DNA of 64,000 nucleotides from Phoronis australis (lineage: Eukaryota > Animalia > Phoronida), in NCBI GenBank assembly GCA_002633005.1, contig NMRA01000006.1, positions 1,520,888 through 1,584,887 of the forward strand, given 5' to 3'. Shown piece after piece: positions 1 through 11,547 of the stretch. Position numbers and translations under genes: made by a program. The notes under the pieces were generated by a model. The model saw only the letters and a list, made by a program, of their open reading frames with translations, ran no database searches and was not told where the DNA came from. Position 1 is the first letter of the stretch, and each line of letters opens with the position of its first letter.

Positions 1-3000
1 TCATCGTCATCATCGCTGAGGTCGGCGCCCATGCTACCAAAGTTTTTAGCAGGCTGACCAGGTTCTCCACCTCCCGCTTCTGAAATTAAACGAGACAGTT
101 ACAACTTGATTGATCATTAATTCTGTTTTTACAAAAAATGACCTGCATGTGTTATGATTTCAAGTGGGCCTAATATAAATTTGGAAGTCCAAACCACACT
201 CATGAAAACTAAACTCAAAATCTTCAACTCAAACGTCAAGTCCATCCTGCTTTACGACTCACTAAATCCATCATCAATAACGTCCGAGTGTTCATAAACA
301 GATGTCAGCACCAAGTCCTGTAAAGTAAGTGGTCTGACAGAGTAACAAATGAAACAGAGCCGGGCAGGAAGCCATAGAGAAACAGATTAAGAGGAGGAAG
401 TGGAGGTGGATTGGTCACACGCTGTGAAAGACCAATCCAAACACCACCAATCTTGCCCTTAATTGGAACCCTCAAAGAAGACGGAAACGAGGCAGACCTG
501 TGAAGAATCGAAGACTAACTGTCACATGTGAGTCTCTCTATTGGCATGGCATCGAACGAGATCCGAATAAAGGCTACCAAACGGAAAAGATGGCTAGCAG
601 TCATGGTGGCCCTACGCACCTCAAGGTGCCTAAAGGCATAACTGTCAAGTAAGTGTAATTTAAATGTGTCCCAGTAATCAAAGGGGCTATAAACCCACCT
701 TCCATCACAAAAACAAAATTTTGATTTAGACAGCTTAACATTAAGGAATTGGTCTCAAATTGCTACTAATTCGAATTCCAGAGCTTTGAAAGAACTGACA
801 GCTACAACAGCGTGTCGCTTTATGCCGCGCCGAGCATGATCACAAAGAATAAGAACTGTCAGTTCGAAACCGCCTCCAGTCTAATTAAGGAACAAGCTGA
901 GATCAATTTCATATCAGTACGTGGTCTTAATCAAAACTTCGCTTCTTGGACAGAACACAGGTTTATAGCAGCTTAACAGCCTGGTAAATTTGTATAAAAA
1001 ACAAGGAATGTAAACTTTTAGTGCAACATGATGGACAAAAATACTTCACTGATTATTAGCCTACAAATACGCTCGTATCATTGTACGATTTTCAAGTGCA
1101 CAGGCACGAATTCTCAAGAAAAAGTAAGACATGCAGCAAGTTTGTTGACAAGGGTACGTTACAAGTACATGCATTAATTTTCAAACAGAGACGCACATTC
1201 ACCCAGTCACGTTTATTGTGAATTCAATTTGTGTTAAAAGAAGTATTGCAGGCGATCTGGTACACGTTGTGCCACACATGCGTAGGACGCTCAGGTGGCA
1301 ACATTGCACTATCACGTGGTACCAATTTTATGCTTTAATCACACATAGTCAAAACCAAGCTGAGGAGCTAGAGACCTGACTCAAGGGACTAGCAGTGCGC
1401 CCTAGTGGGACTCAAACCCATGACTTTGAGTAAAGGAAGTGGACACTTATCCCACTAGGCCACACTGCCTCCTCTCAATTTGTGTTACTTGAACTAATAT
1501 TCATGACTGTGTTTACGATGTCAGGCATACACAGGTAAACACGTATGACCCACCTTCTCTACCTGACCGGCCATGCATGTGTCTTGGTCTCGCTGGACGT
1601 ATATCTTCCTCCTCACTCTCCCCGTCGTCCTCCTTCACAAAGTCTACAAACAACAACAATGGGTTTTAGTCAAAAGTAAAGAAAAAAGCCATTTCAATGC
1701 ACCACAAATCAAGTCTTCTGTCAATTTTGTTTCCAATTTGGTCACATACAGCTATGAAACTGATCATAACTGTTCCGTACTCAGATTGGAAAAGATTCTA
1801 AGTTTGGGAATACCTTACAATTCGTAATCTCTCGAGATCATTATCAGTGCATGAAATGTCCTGGTGGGTAAAGTCAAAGCACAGGCAGATTTAAGAGATG
1901 TCCCTAAATAGCATGGACACCACAAAAAACCACACCATCAGTATTGCCACCTTTAGGGCATACAAGGACACTTTTCCTTCAAAAACACAGGACACCCCCT
2001 TTACCACAACTGTATGACGTACTCTGATTTGGAGCAATAACAAACTGCCCCTTCTTCACAAACACAGGACACCCCCTTTACCACAACTGTATTACGTACT
2101 CTGATTTGGAGCAATAACAAACTGCCACTTCTTCACAAACACAATAAAATCTTTCAATCACAGTAAGGAACAGATTGAAGCCAGGTATTTATGTCACGAA
2201 AATCAAAAACCAGCTTTTAGATTGGAGACAGGTATATATCACTTTTAAAGTGGCTATAAATTCCCATTCAGACAAAGAAGCGAACTTTCGACTTGTACTA
2301 CTTAAAGCTGGCTTCAGCTTGATCCTTGCTCAGATTAGAATTGCTTTCTGGGTTTGCAAAGCACCAATAGTTCATTATTCCTCAAGATTATGACAGCGGT
2401 TAAAATGTAGCAGAGCCTGGTTTCAAGGAATAATGAACTCAGTTCATTCAAAGCCCTGAAATAACCTCTGAATTGGGCGAGGTACAATACGATGGGCTTG
2501 GAATGATCAATGACAAAAAATAGGAAAATGTTTCAGTTGATGTATCGCACCACAAATAAATAGGCTTGTGTGATTCAAATATTCTTTGTGTTGTAAAATT
2601 TAACTGAAACAATGCTTTTGCAATGATTAAAGTCAAAATAATGATAAAAAATGGAAACAGGAAATAGGAAATCAAATAAGAGGAAATCAAAACCAAAAAT
2701 AGGAAATCCTCTTAAAAGTGGAAAATTCCAAGCCCTAAATAAGAGACACATCTCATAATGGTGTACATTCCAAATGAAAACTTGGGTATTCATGGCCACT
2801 TCAAGTGTTCCTGCATCAGTAGTAGACTATAGACATGCCGACCTCTTCCTTCGACTGACAACTTTACTCCACAGCAATTTTGCACACAAAAGCTCATTAT
2901 ACGAGATTTTGACATAACATGATAACTTATGAAAAAGATGATTATGACCAACACTGAAGGTTTTACCAAACAACAGGGCACAATTGAATCACAAAATCAC

Positions 3001-6000
3001 CTGCCTGACAAATATATGTCAAACTTTAATAGCATGGAAATGGACTGATGAATAAGTTACACAAAAATTCACTCCAAAGGCAAAATCACCAGGTTCAATG
3101 TCACTGAAATTAATCTTCTTAAGAAGCACGCAAGAGTGGGTGTGTTTTGCCAATGTATTTACTTCAAATTCTCAAATGCTAATAAACAAATGCAAACAAG
3201 ACAATACAACTGACATTTCAACTCAACAAGTGGTAATCTCAACCAAAAAGGTTCATGATGAGGGGGTTAGTTCTGGGTAGAAGCTTTAACAAAAATCAAC
3301 ACAAACATCAAAACTGGACAACTCGGGGCAAACTAGCCTCGTTTTGTTTCATTTCTCTTCTTTTTTGAAGACGCTTTGGCCTTGTCATCTCGTCGTTGGA
3401 GTGTGCTCTCAATTTTTTTGTTAACCTGTTTCCTGGAGAACTTGTCAAGTACAACTGAGAAAAGGGTACAACATTAAGTTAATGGTGATTGTACGTGTAT
3501 AATTACTGTTTGACTATTAAACATATAATGAAACAATGTATGGCTTCAACACTGATTTCGTACTGGAGAGAAATAGTCAATATAATCTAAATGTTTGTAG
3601 AAAGAAAAGCCCTCAACTCAGAACTCTTGGCCGCATTCACTCTTTCAAAAACAAGGGTAAATATTTTGTATATTAGACCAATGCTTTACAGACATCTAAC
3701 TACATTAAAGATGTATTTGCATGCTCCTAACTATGCCAATGTGTAGCAGGAACTAAACGGCAATGCTATTCTAACATAATCTGTGCTAAACAAAGTGCAG
3801 TAGTATTCATTGATAGGTTTAAATGTGAAAACAAAAAAAAATTGGCAAATTGTTCACCTTTGCACAAACGATGTACCTCACAGGCTCACATATCCCGCAT
3901 CATGCAGGGTTATTCCCCAGCACCATGTCACGTTACCTACTGGACACGGTTCAGTGTTTTGCGGCGGATCATTTTCGCCACAAAACTCGTTCTTTAAATG
4001 GTTTAACAACTTTCAAGCTACTCAATATTCACATCATCGCTATATGTTGTGTTTCTAATTAAGTTGACCAAGCAGTCGCAGAGATAAGTAATTAGCCTCC
4101 ATGTTCCAATCCCACACTAAAGGTGCCGTTGAAAGCGCAGTGAAGATGCAATCCTCAAAGTGGCTATAAACCCATGCTCCATTCAAGGAACAAATTTCTT
4201 AATATTTAGATAGCTTACCGCTATAAAATTGGTCTCAACTTGCTCCTCACTCTGACGAGAAGTGATTTGTGGGTTTATAAAGACCTGACAGTTGGCTATC
4301 GCTTGAGAAGACACTCGGCGCATGGAAAGACATGCTATGACAAGCCAAAGTAAAGAGCCTGCTCTCTACCAGTAACCAATTGCCGGTTATTTCAAAGTCC
4401 TGAAATATCTCCAATTTGTCTGAGGAAAATTTTGAGACCAATATCAAAAGGGCAAGTGGTCTGTATGAAAAGTTGTTTTTTGTTGTGGAAGGTGGGTTTA
4501 TAGCCACTTTGATTGCAGAGCTTATCGTCCAAAATAAGTACTACGTCACAAACTAATGAATGTATGACTTTCATTACCTCCGAGGTCATCCTCATCCTCG
4601 TCCGAGTCATTCCTCTGGCTTCCTTTACCAGTGTTTTTCATCTGATCAGCCATCATCTTCAGAGTCCTCTCCGTTTCCTTGAAAGAATGTCATAATTACT
4701 AAAATTGGTATTACTAAACAGATTGGCTGATAGGCTTTCATATATCACACTGACAGGGTAGTTAACATTCACTAGTTGGTGGTCATGAAGAAAGGACCTG
4801 CCTTAATGGAAATGCACATAATAATATTCACGTAGGGCTGTTGGTTCACTAGCGCCACCTAGCGAGTTTCAAGTTTCTCATTGTGAACATTTTTGAAAAT
4901 GAGAAAATGAGAATACAGATGGTAAAGTCACAAAATTTAAGAATATCAGTAATGCATCATAGAAAATACAGTAGTGTAAAATAAAATCACAATTTATGAA
5001 TAAATTAATGCACTTCTGTGGTTGTTCTGGATTTTTATAAGATTTTTGCTACTTCGACATATACTTGAACTCAATCACAATTTAATTCAGAATAAATTAC
5101 TTAAACTCTCTAGTCATGAGCTTAAAAATTATCAAATACAGATTTAGCCAGTCTTATCTTAGATTATCCAGCAATTTGTGATATGTTTACACAAAACTGA
5201 ATGCACGACCAATGAGATACCATAAACTAAAATTAAGTGAAAGAAAACAGCTTTAAAATATTCCTTAATTTCGCAACACTCACCTCAAACCTGTCCTGCT
5301 CAGCTCTATTCAGCTCTTCCATCTTGTGCTCCAAAAACGTCAAATTGCGGAATTTTTCCAAGTACTGCTGGTACAGCACTGCCAGATCCTCTTCCAGCTT
5401 TTCATATTCATCCATGTAAGCAGGCCTGTCAGGAAATGTTGGCGATAGTCTGATATAATGTGCTCGAGTTTTGAGAACCAGTTTGATGCCCGTTATTTAG
5501 TGGAGAAAACTAGTTCTCAAAATTCGGGGCACGCTACATCAAAGTTTCATCAATAGCAATCGTACAACAAACAATTTGTATCAGGGGTGAAAGCGCAAAA
5601 GTGACATATCATTTCCAGTTATTTAATATCCTTGTTCATGCCACCGCAATACGGTGGTAATTTAACAAAAAAACATGATCAAAGCTGTAAACAAATCTCA
5701 CTTTAAATCCCCTTCCACATAACAATGGGTCAAAGCAGTCATGTGCCATTGAAACTTGGAGATTTAAAAAGCACTGACTGTTGATATTGAGTGGATCACG
5801 TAATGAGAAGCATTAAGAGGAAAAGCTAAATACGTACACCAGCCAAGCTTACCTGACACTCTGTAGTGTTGCAAGCTAAATACGTACACCAGCCAAGCTT
5901 ACCTGACACTCTGTAGTGTTGCAAGCTAAATACGTACACCAGCCAAGCTTACCTGACACTCTGTAGTGTTTCAAGCTAAATACGTACACCAGCCAAGCTT

Positions 6001-9000
6001 ACCTGACACTCTGTAGTGTTTCAAGCTAAATACCTACACCAGCCAAACTTACCTGACACTCTGTAGTGTTGCAAGCTAAATACGTACACCAGCCAAACTT
6101 ACCTGACACTCTGTAGTGTTGCAAGGCGTTTCTGGTTCCGCTCTAGTTCCGTTTTCTTTTTAGTAATTTTGGCTTCAAGATTTGCTTCATCCGACGCCAC
6201 ATTGTCGATCATGTTCAGCGTCTTTTTGATATCTTGCTGTAGAGACAAGCAAAGAAAACATTGTTTGCAAGTCAGCAGATGAACGTTTGTGCTACGCCTC
6301 ATTTTTATCTGATTTCCGATTACGTTTATTTACTGTCATATAAAAAATAACAACATTAAGAATAAACTAAGAAATGAATAACAATGTTTGTTAATCCAAA
6401 GTGCAGTAAAGTACTTCGATGAATTTTGTAACTTTAACGCAGGACAAACACTATCTGTTCTCATGGAGCCAAATTCAGTAATAAACTTACCTCAACAGCT
6501 TTTATAGAACTGTTCAAGCCCTTTTCAACTTCGTTTATTTCCAAAGGTCTTGCAATTACAGTTGACCTTGTGTCCTGGAAAATCATAATGAATAATATTA
6601 TGTCCCAAATCAGTGTACATGGGAAATCAGTCTTAGTAAAATAGTAGTTAGAAACATTATTTTACAAATGAACCAGCCTGGGAAAATGTAGTACTGATCA
6701 CAGAAGTTGTCATTAATCGCGATGATTGAATTTTCCGCAGTGGACTATTTAGGTTACACAAGGAAAAATTAGCCAAGTAAGCCATTGTAGTTATTAAAGT
6801 TTTTATTGTGTAGAAAACTTACTCTTAGGTCAACTTCTCGGCCAAGTAAGTCATGCAAAGATGCCCCTTTAGCTGTTATGGCTGAGGCCAGCTTGCGAGC
6901 TTCTTTTAATTCACCAACCTGAATGAACGAAAAGAAAATGACTTACTTGAATCAACCAATGAACACACAGTCATTGCAAGTAAGACAATGTTAATGCAAA
7001 ACACCCTCATGTTTCAGTATTTTCAAATTACCATACATCCACTATGCTCAAATGAGATTGAAATAAATTTTGAATGGTGGATTAGCATCCATCATAAGTT
7101 GTCTTTATGTCTCCAAATTATGAGATCAAGTTCAAGTTACATTAACAAGGCGGTGTCAAAGGTCAAGTGTGACCAATAATATCCTCCACTTGCAAAGTGT
7201 CAAAGTTCAACCTCGGTCCAATAAAATCAAAGGTCTTTTTGAGTACACACCCTTGATGAGATGTCAAAGTTCACGTTGGATGACTCATCCTCCTCTTCGT
7301 TGGTCTCCTCAGTGCCTACGACATTCTGTTTCATGGCATTGTATAGAACACTGGTCACTTTAATCAGTTCTTTTACTGCATAACCATCTGCCTGGTACAG
7401 TTTCTTGGTGTTCAGCTTAATGTGGGCTTTTGTGGCCTGGAAACATCAAACGTCATACAATCATTGGCCATTGCTATTGGTTAACAAGGAAACAGACGGA
7501 ATGTTCATTTCTTGGAGAATGTTGTATGACTAGACTGCACATATTAGAAAAGCCAGCAAAATTTATTTAGTTTTAAAGTTGGTTTCAGACTCACGAACAT
7601 AGCTCAGCACTCATGAACACAGCTTACAGACTTGTAAACTTAGATGGGTTACATTGAATTAACAAACTTGCCTGAAACTATTTACTGTCTCAAAATGAGT
7701 CATCCACTCTCACATCAGGTATACGGTCACTTGTAAAATCCTTTTTCTTACTACAACCCGTTATATTTTTCCGAGCATTTCAAATTTTTTATTGAGTAAC
7801 TCCAAAGTTTTCATTAAGATGCAGTTTTAAACTAAATGTTGATGTTTTCAAGACCGAGAAAAGTTTATTGTGACGCAAAGCCCCTTCAAAATTGCCTACG
7901 CTTTACGCCCAAATAAATAATTGTGAGACTGTAATGGAGGGCTATTAATGGTTGGTACCACGATCCTATATTCTTAACTCTATTCAACACAGTAAACACA
8001 AATAAAACATGCATTATACGTTATTTTTTGCTCAACAGCATTAGCGCAGACATTGTCAAGCCACAGAATCTGAGACACATGAGGTGTTACTTAATTAATG
8101 AGAGAACTAAATTTATAACTATTCTTGCTCACCTAAACACTTGCTGTCCACGAGAATGCACAGCGGTGTTCAGACAGTGCAAATAAGACAAAAAAATAAT
8201 GAAAAATAAAGAAGTTGGAACTAGTTGGATAATAAACAAACTGTGCAATCAACTCTCTCTCAAACTTTGATAGCCCATTGTACCACTATAACACTGTGAA
8301 TACACTGGCGGATCTATGATGCCGTAAGGGGGGGGGGGCAACCACAAATTTTTTAAGAAATTGTTAGCGTAAGATCTGGCAAGGACTTGCAAATAGGGTT
8401 TTTTGGTGGTGTCTGAAGGGTAGTTGAGCCCCCACCCACCCCATAAATCCACCTGTGGCGCACAATGACATTGACAAAACTACCATAGTAGGGCGTGTGC
8501 GGATATTGGCATGTCTGCCAAAGTATGGTCTGTTCAGGTAATTGCTACAAACCATAAACTGTGCGGATGACTTGATAAAGATCACTCTGTCCTGTTCTGA
8601 ATCAACATCAGTTGGCAGGTCAGCATTTGGGTCATATCTGAAAGTTAAGAAAGCAGTTTACACTTGTGATAAAATCCAGTATTATAGTGCTATCAATTTT
8701 AAACAAATATTACTGTTATGAGTTATCTGCTTTTGCAGGCGGGTAATATTTTTAATTTTTGACCCGTGGTTCAATGTCAATTTCTCTCAAATTAAAACAG
8801 GACCATTTTTTATGCCTTTGCAGTTATCCCTAACAGACTTGTGAGCCATATATAAAGCCTAGCATTAAGACCTGTACATGTGAATTTGAGGTATGGTAAT
8901 AAAGACACAATGCGTCTATGTACTTTGTGGAATTACCACCATCACATTTGTGTATGGTGAAATAACTATAACAATGACATTCAAAAAAAATTAAATTCGA

Positions 9001-11028
9001 AAAGGAAAAAAATGGATGACAATAGCAAATAAAATACTTAAAAGTATTGATAACAGCACAACTTTTACGCGATATCTTTGTTTCCTAACTGAAGCATGTA
9101 TCACCAGGGCAACTTCCCATATCTAGCGTAAACCAGTTAAAGCCGATTCCATTACACTAGCTAGTAACCGTGCAGAGCATGGGTTCCAGCTAGTTAACAT
9201 CACTTTCTTCCACAAGTCTTACATCCTCTGAAGCAGCATAAATACAACCTTCTGCATCATATGTTGCTATCAGCAATAGAATTTTAGTCCAAGTACAAAC
9301 CTCTTCACAAGCCAAATTAAGACTTCAGCTACGAGTGGAAAATTCGGGTTGCGGAAGTTTTCCATCGAGATGAGACGAGGGTACCCGAGGGCCCTCATCA
9401 TTTCCGTAAAGTCTACAAGAAGATATCACACAAAGAGTTCAAATTTGTTTGAGAAAATACTGCATCTAAGGTTCTCATGTGGTAGGTAAATGTGCAACCT
9501 TCATGTAAAATGTGGGAACCAGCATCAACAGGAGACAAAGAAATGCATGTGTTAGCTGACTAAGTTAGTGTTTATATTAGAAAGGTTGAATGTGACATTT
9601 TTAGAAAGTACTTTTTTGGGTCAACTTGATATATTTTACTTGCTATAATAGATATTTTGAATCTCAGAGTCTTTAATTGGTTTTTCACCAAAACAAAACA
9701 TTTTTTCAAACCAGAAGTTAGGGTGCTGTGAGCTCGTAGCACAATGTAACTGAAAGCAGGACAGTGGGCACCTATGACAATGGGGCATATTAGGAGCGTA
9801 CGGTAGACTTTTCCGTTTTTAAAAAAGCGGGAGTGTGGCCTTGTGAGTACATGAAGTTCTTTGGCTTGTTATTTCTTTTATATTGCCATAACGCCACAAT
9901 TTGAGCTTCGTTTTTGGCCTTTTTACCCACACCAATTCACAAAATACTTAGTAGTAGGAGACCAGTTTATTGAATGAGACCAGTTTATAAAATACCATTA
10001 AAATTCTCAGAAACATTTAAAATAAAATCAATGATAGAAGTTAATTGTGTTACAGCCGAATACATGTCAGCCTTGTTCAAGGATGCATTCAATAGGTGGT
10101 GCTAATTTGTGTCGTACATAATAGTTACCTTTCATTATTTCAATATATAACTTCACGACAACAGCATATTTTGTGAATTTAAACTGAACTTGAGGCTCAA
10201 AACATCGCCTGATTTATCATGAGCATGCACCATCGTAACTCTCGAATTCCGCTTCGACTTCAGCAATTAGAAAAGCAGCGATGTCACGATGCCACGTCAG
10301 TTTTACTTAACATGAAAATTTCTAACACTTCTCTAGTAGGCATCAGCCAAGATACCTCGAACAAAATAAAATTAATTCAGATTAAGTACAAACCATCTTT
10401 TACTGTATGCACAGTTAGTGATAGTTAGTGAATACTAAAATCTTCTGAGTTGCAGCATCATTGCCACCGTTGACTTCATTTTTCAAGTCGTTTGATTAAC
10501 TGTTCCTTGAGCACTTCTTAGTGTCTAATTGAGCAGGTGAGTGAATGATAGTAAATGAAGTGCTTTGCCTTTGGTGAACTAAAGATTTGCTGTATGAGTT
10601 TACTTAGTTTAGACAGTCCAAACCAGTGGTTATTGAGGTCCAAACTACTTCAGGTAAGTAACACCAAAAATGCACATCAAGCTTTCATCAAACAATTGTA
10701 ATGTGTGTTGATTAGTGTTGGTGAATTCACTGGAGAATGTGTTTCCAAAATGTTCGATAATCTGGCCCTCTCCGTATTTGCACTGGTCTGGTTGTCACTG
10801 AGTGACTGTGTAATATTGGGAATGTAGAATAACTAAAAGCGTACTTAGCAACCCAACATTTTTGTAACTGGATGTTTCAGATACAGTGAACATAATGCAA
10901 CTGCTAAGGCCCATATAAGTAGTACAACACTAAAATCTGGCTGGAATTTCAATAGAGTCACACATTAGGTAAATTTTGAAGCTTTGACACGGGAACATTT
11001 ACTCACTTCTCAAGTCTCTGTACGACAT
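1..11028 (-). CDS. CLUAP1: Clusterin-associated protein 1 / IFT38 (multi-exon, 3' end beyond window)
   Basis: Exons (minus strand): 11007-11028, 9301-9412, 8553-8637, 7251-7436, 6823-6918, 6491-6574, 6103-6236, 5284-5425, 4578-4677, 1554/1563-1643, 1-79 (partial). All GT-AG and phase-compatible. Spliced translation [48 protein letters not shown]...[24 protein letters not shown]...[13 protein letters not shown]...[23 protein letters not shown] is the recognisable CLUAP1 sequence, with an acidic C-terminal region. Confidence 0.95.
200..654 (+). mobile_element. 5'-truncated, degenerate RTE-clade LINE 3' end
   Basis: Reads [17 protein letters not shown]..., then [13 protein letters not shown] and [15 protein letters not shown], typical of the RTE ORF C-terminus; ends in a short aagtaagt tail; contains stops and frameshifts. 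Confidence 0.7.
1355..1472 (-). mobile_element. tRNA-derived SINE-like remnant
   Basis: Reverse complement has A-box-like (gtggcctagtgg) and B-box-like (ggtttgagtcc) motifs; a related copy lies at about 60942-61042. Confidence 0.45.
1983..2143. repeat. Tandem duplication, about 78-nt unit x2
   Basis: aaacacaggacaccccctttaccacaactgta...cttcttcaca repeated twice with few mismatches. Confidence 0.85.
3333..3454 (-). CDS. CLUAP1: Candidate alternative terminal exon of CLUAP1 (basic tail)
   Basis: Acceptor tacccttttctcag; phase-1 continuation from exon 4578-4677 reads (V)[39 protein letters not shown] ending at TAG (3333-3335). Confidence 0.5.
4150..4520. mobile_element. MITE-like element with diverged inverted arms
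   Basis: caaagtggctataaaccca...attggtctcaa at about 4156-4240 is inverted at about 4430-4512; a related arm lies at about 680-765. Confidence 0.5.
5445..5540. mobile_element. Short (~100 nt) palindromic MITE family, 5 copies in window
   Basis: Core ttttgagaaccagttt...aaaactggttctcaaa with self-complementary flanks; other copies at about 17545-17645, 21836-21940, 34585-34680 and 49753-49860. Confidence 0.75.
5823..6125. repeat. 50-nt tandem repeat x6 spanning the CLUAP1 exon 7 donor
   Basis: Unit aagctaaatacgtacaccagccaagcttacctgacactctgtagtgttgc with period 50; the rightmost copy is the real exon 7/intron junction (6103). Confidence 0.95.
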
Positions 11029-11546
11029 TTTGAAGAATGTTTCAGCACGCATGCGCTGTTTGGTAAAATTGTCATGTAAAAAGGGTAAAAACAAACTACT
11101 TAAACATGTTATTATCTATTAAGGATAATGCTTTGGCTCAATGACTTTCTAATTTTTCTAATTCCATTGCCCTGATCTCTTTAACACACCTATTTGTAAT
11201 ATTTTAATATTACATGAAGCGTTTTACACCCGGAAAGCTAACTGCGCCTGCGCGTCAAACTTTTGCCAGCAACCGATGGGTAAATAATGGCGGAGATTGG
11301 GTGTAACAATACTCCAACTTGAAAATCCAAGTCATCTGGGATAATAGCAAAGCTGTATTGCCATTCGTTGTCGCTTCACTGATGTAATATACAATATCCT
11401 AACAGACTAGGGAGTTTGAACACCAGATAATTATTCCAAGTAAGTGAATTCTACGTCAAGAGAACTGTTGTCAACTCGAATTTTCGTCAAGTTAAAACTG
11501 TCTTGGTTTTGTCCGTTCTTTCTACGTTCTTGTTTTGTTGTTGTAG
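11029..11546. promoter_or_regulatory. Bidirectional promoter and CK1 5'UTR exon between CLUAP1 and CK1
   Basis: Divergent ATGs only 519 nt apart. NRF1-like cgcatgcgc (11048-11056) and tgcgcctgcgc (11243-11253), ETS-like ccggaa (11230), YY1-like aatggcgg (11286-11293). UTR-exon donor caa|gtaagt at 11439/11440 and acceptor ttgtag at 11546. Confidence 0.7.
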
Positions 11547-11547
11547 G

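Noticed and set aside
5823-6125. CRISPR-like appearance of the regularly spaced repeats (also 61415-61561)
   Set aside because: No unique spacers, no cas genes, eukaryotic intron context. The acctgacact word shared by the two arrays is exon-derived in CLUAP1 and probably coincidental.
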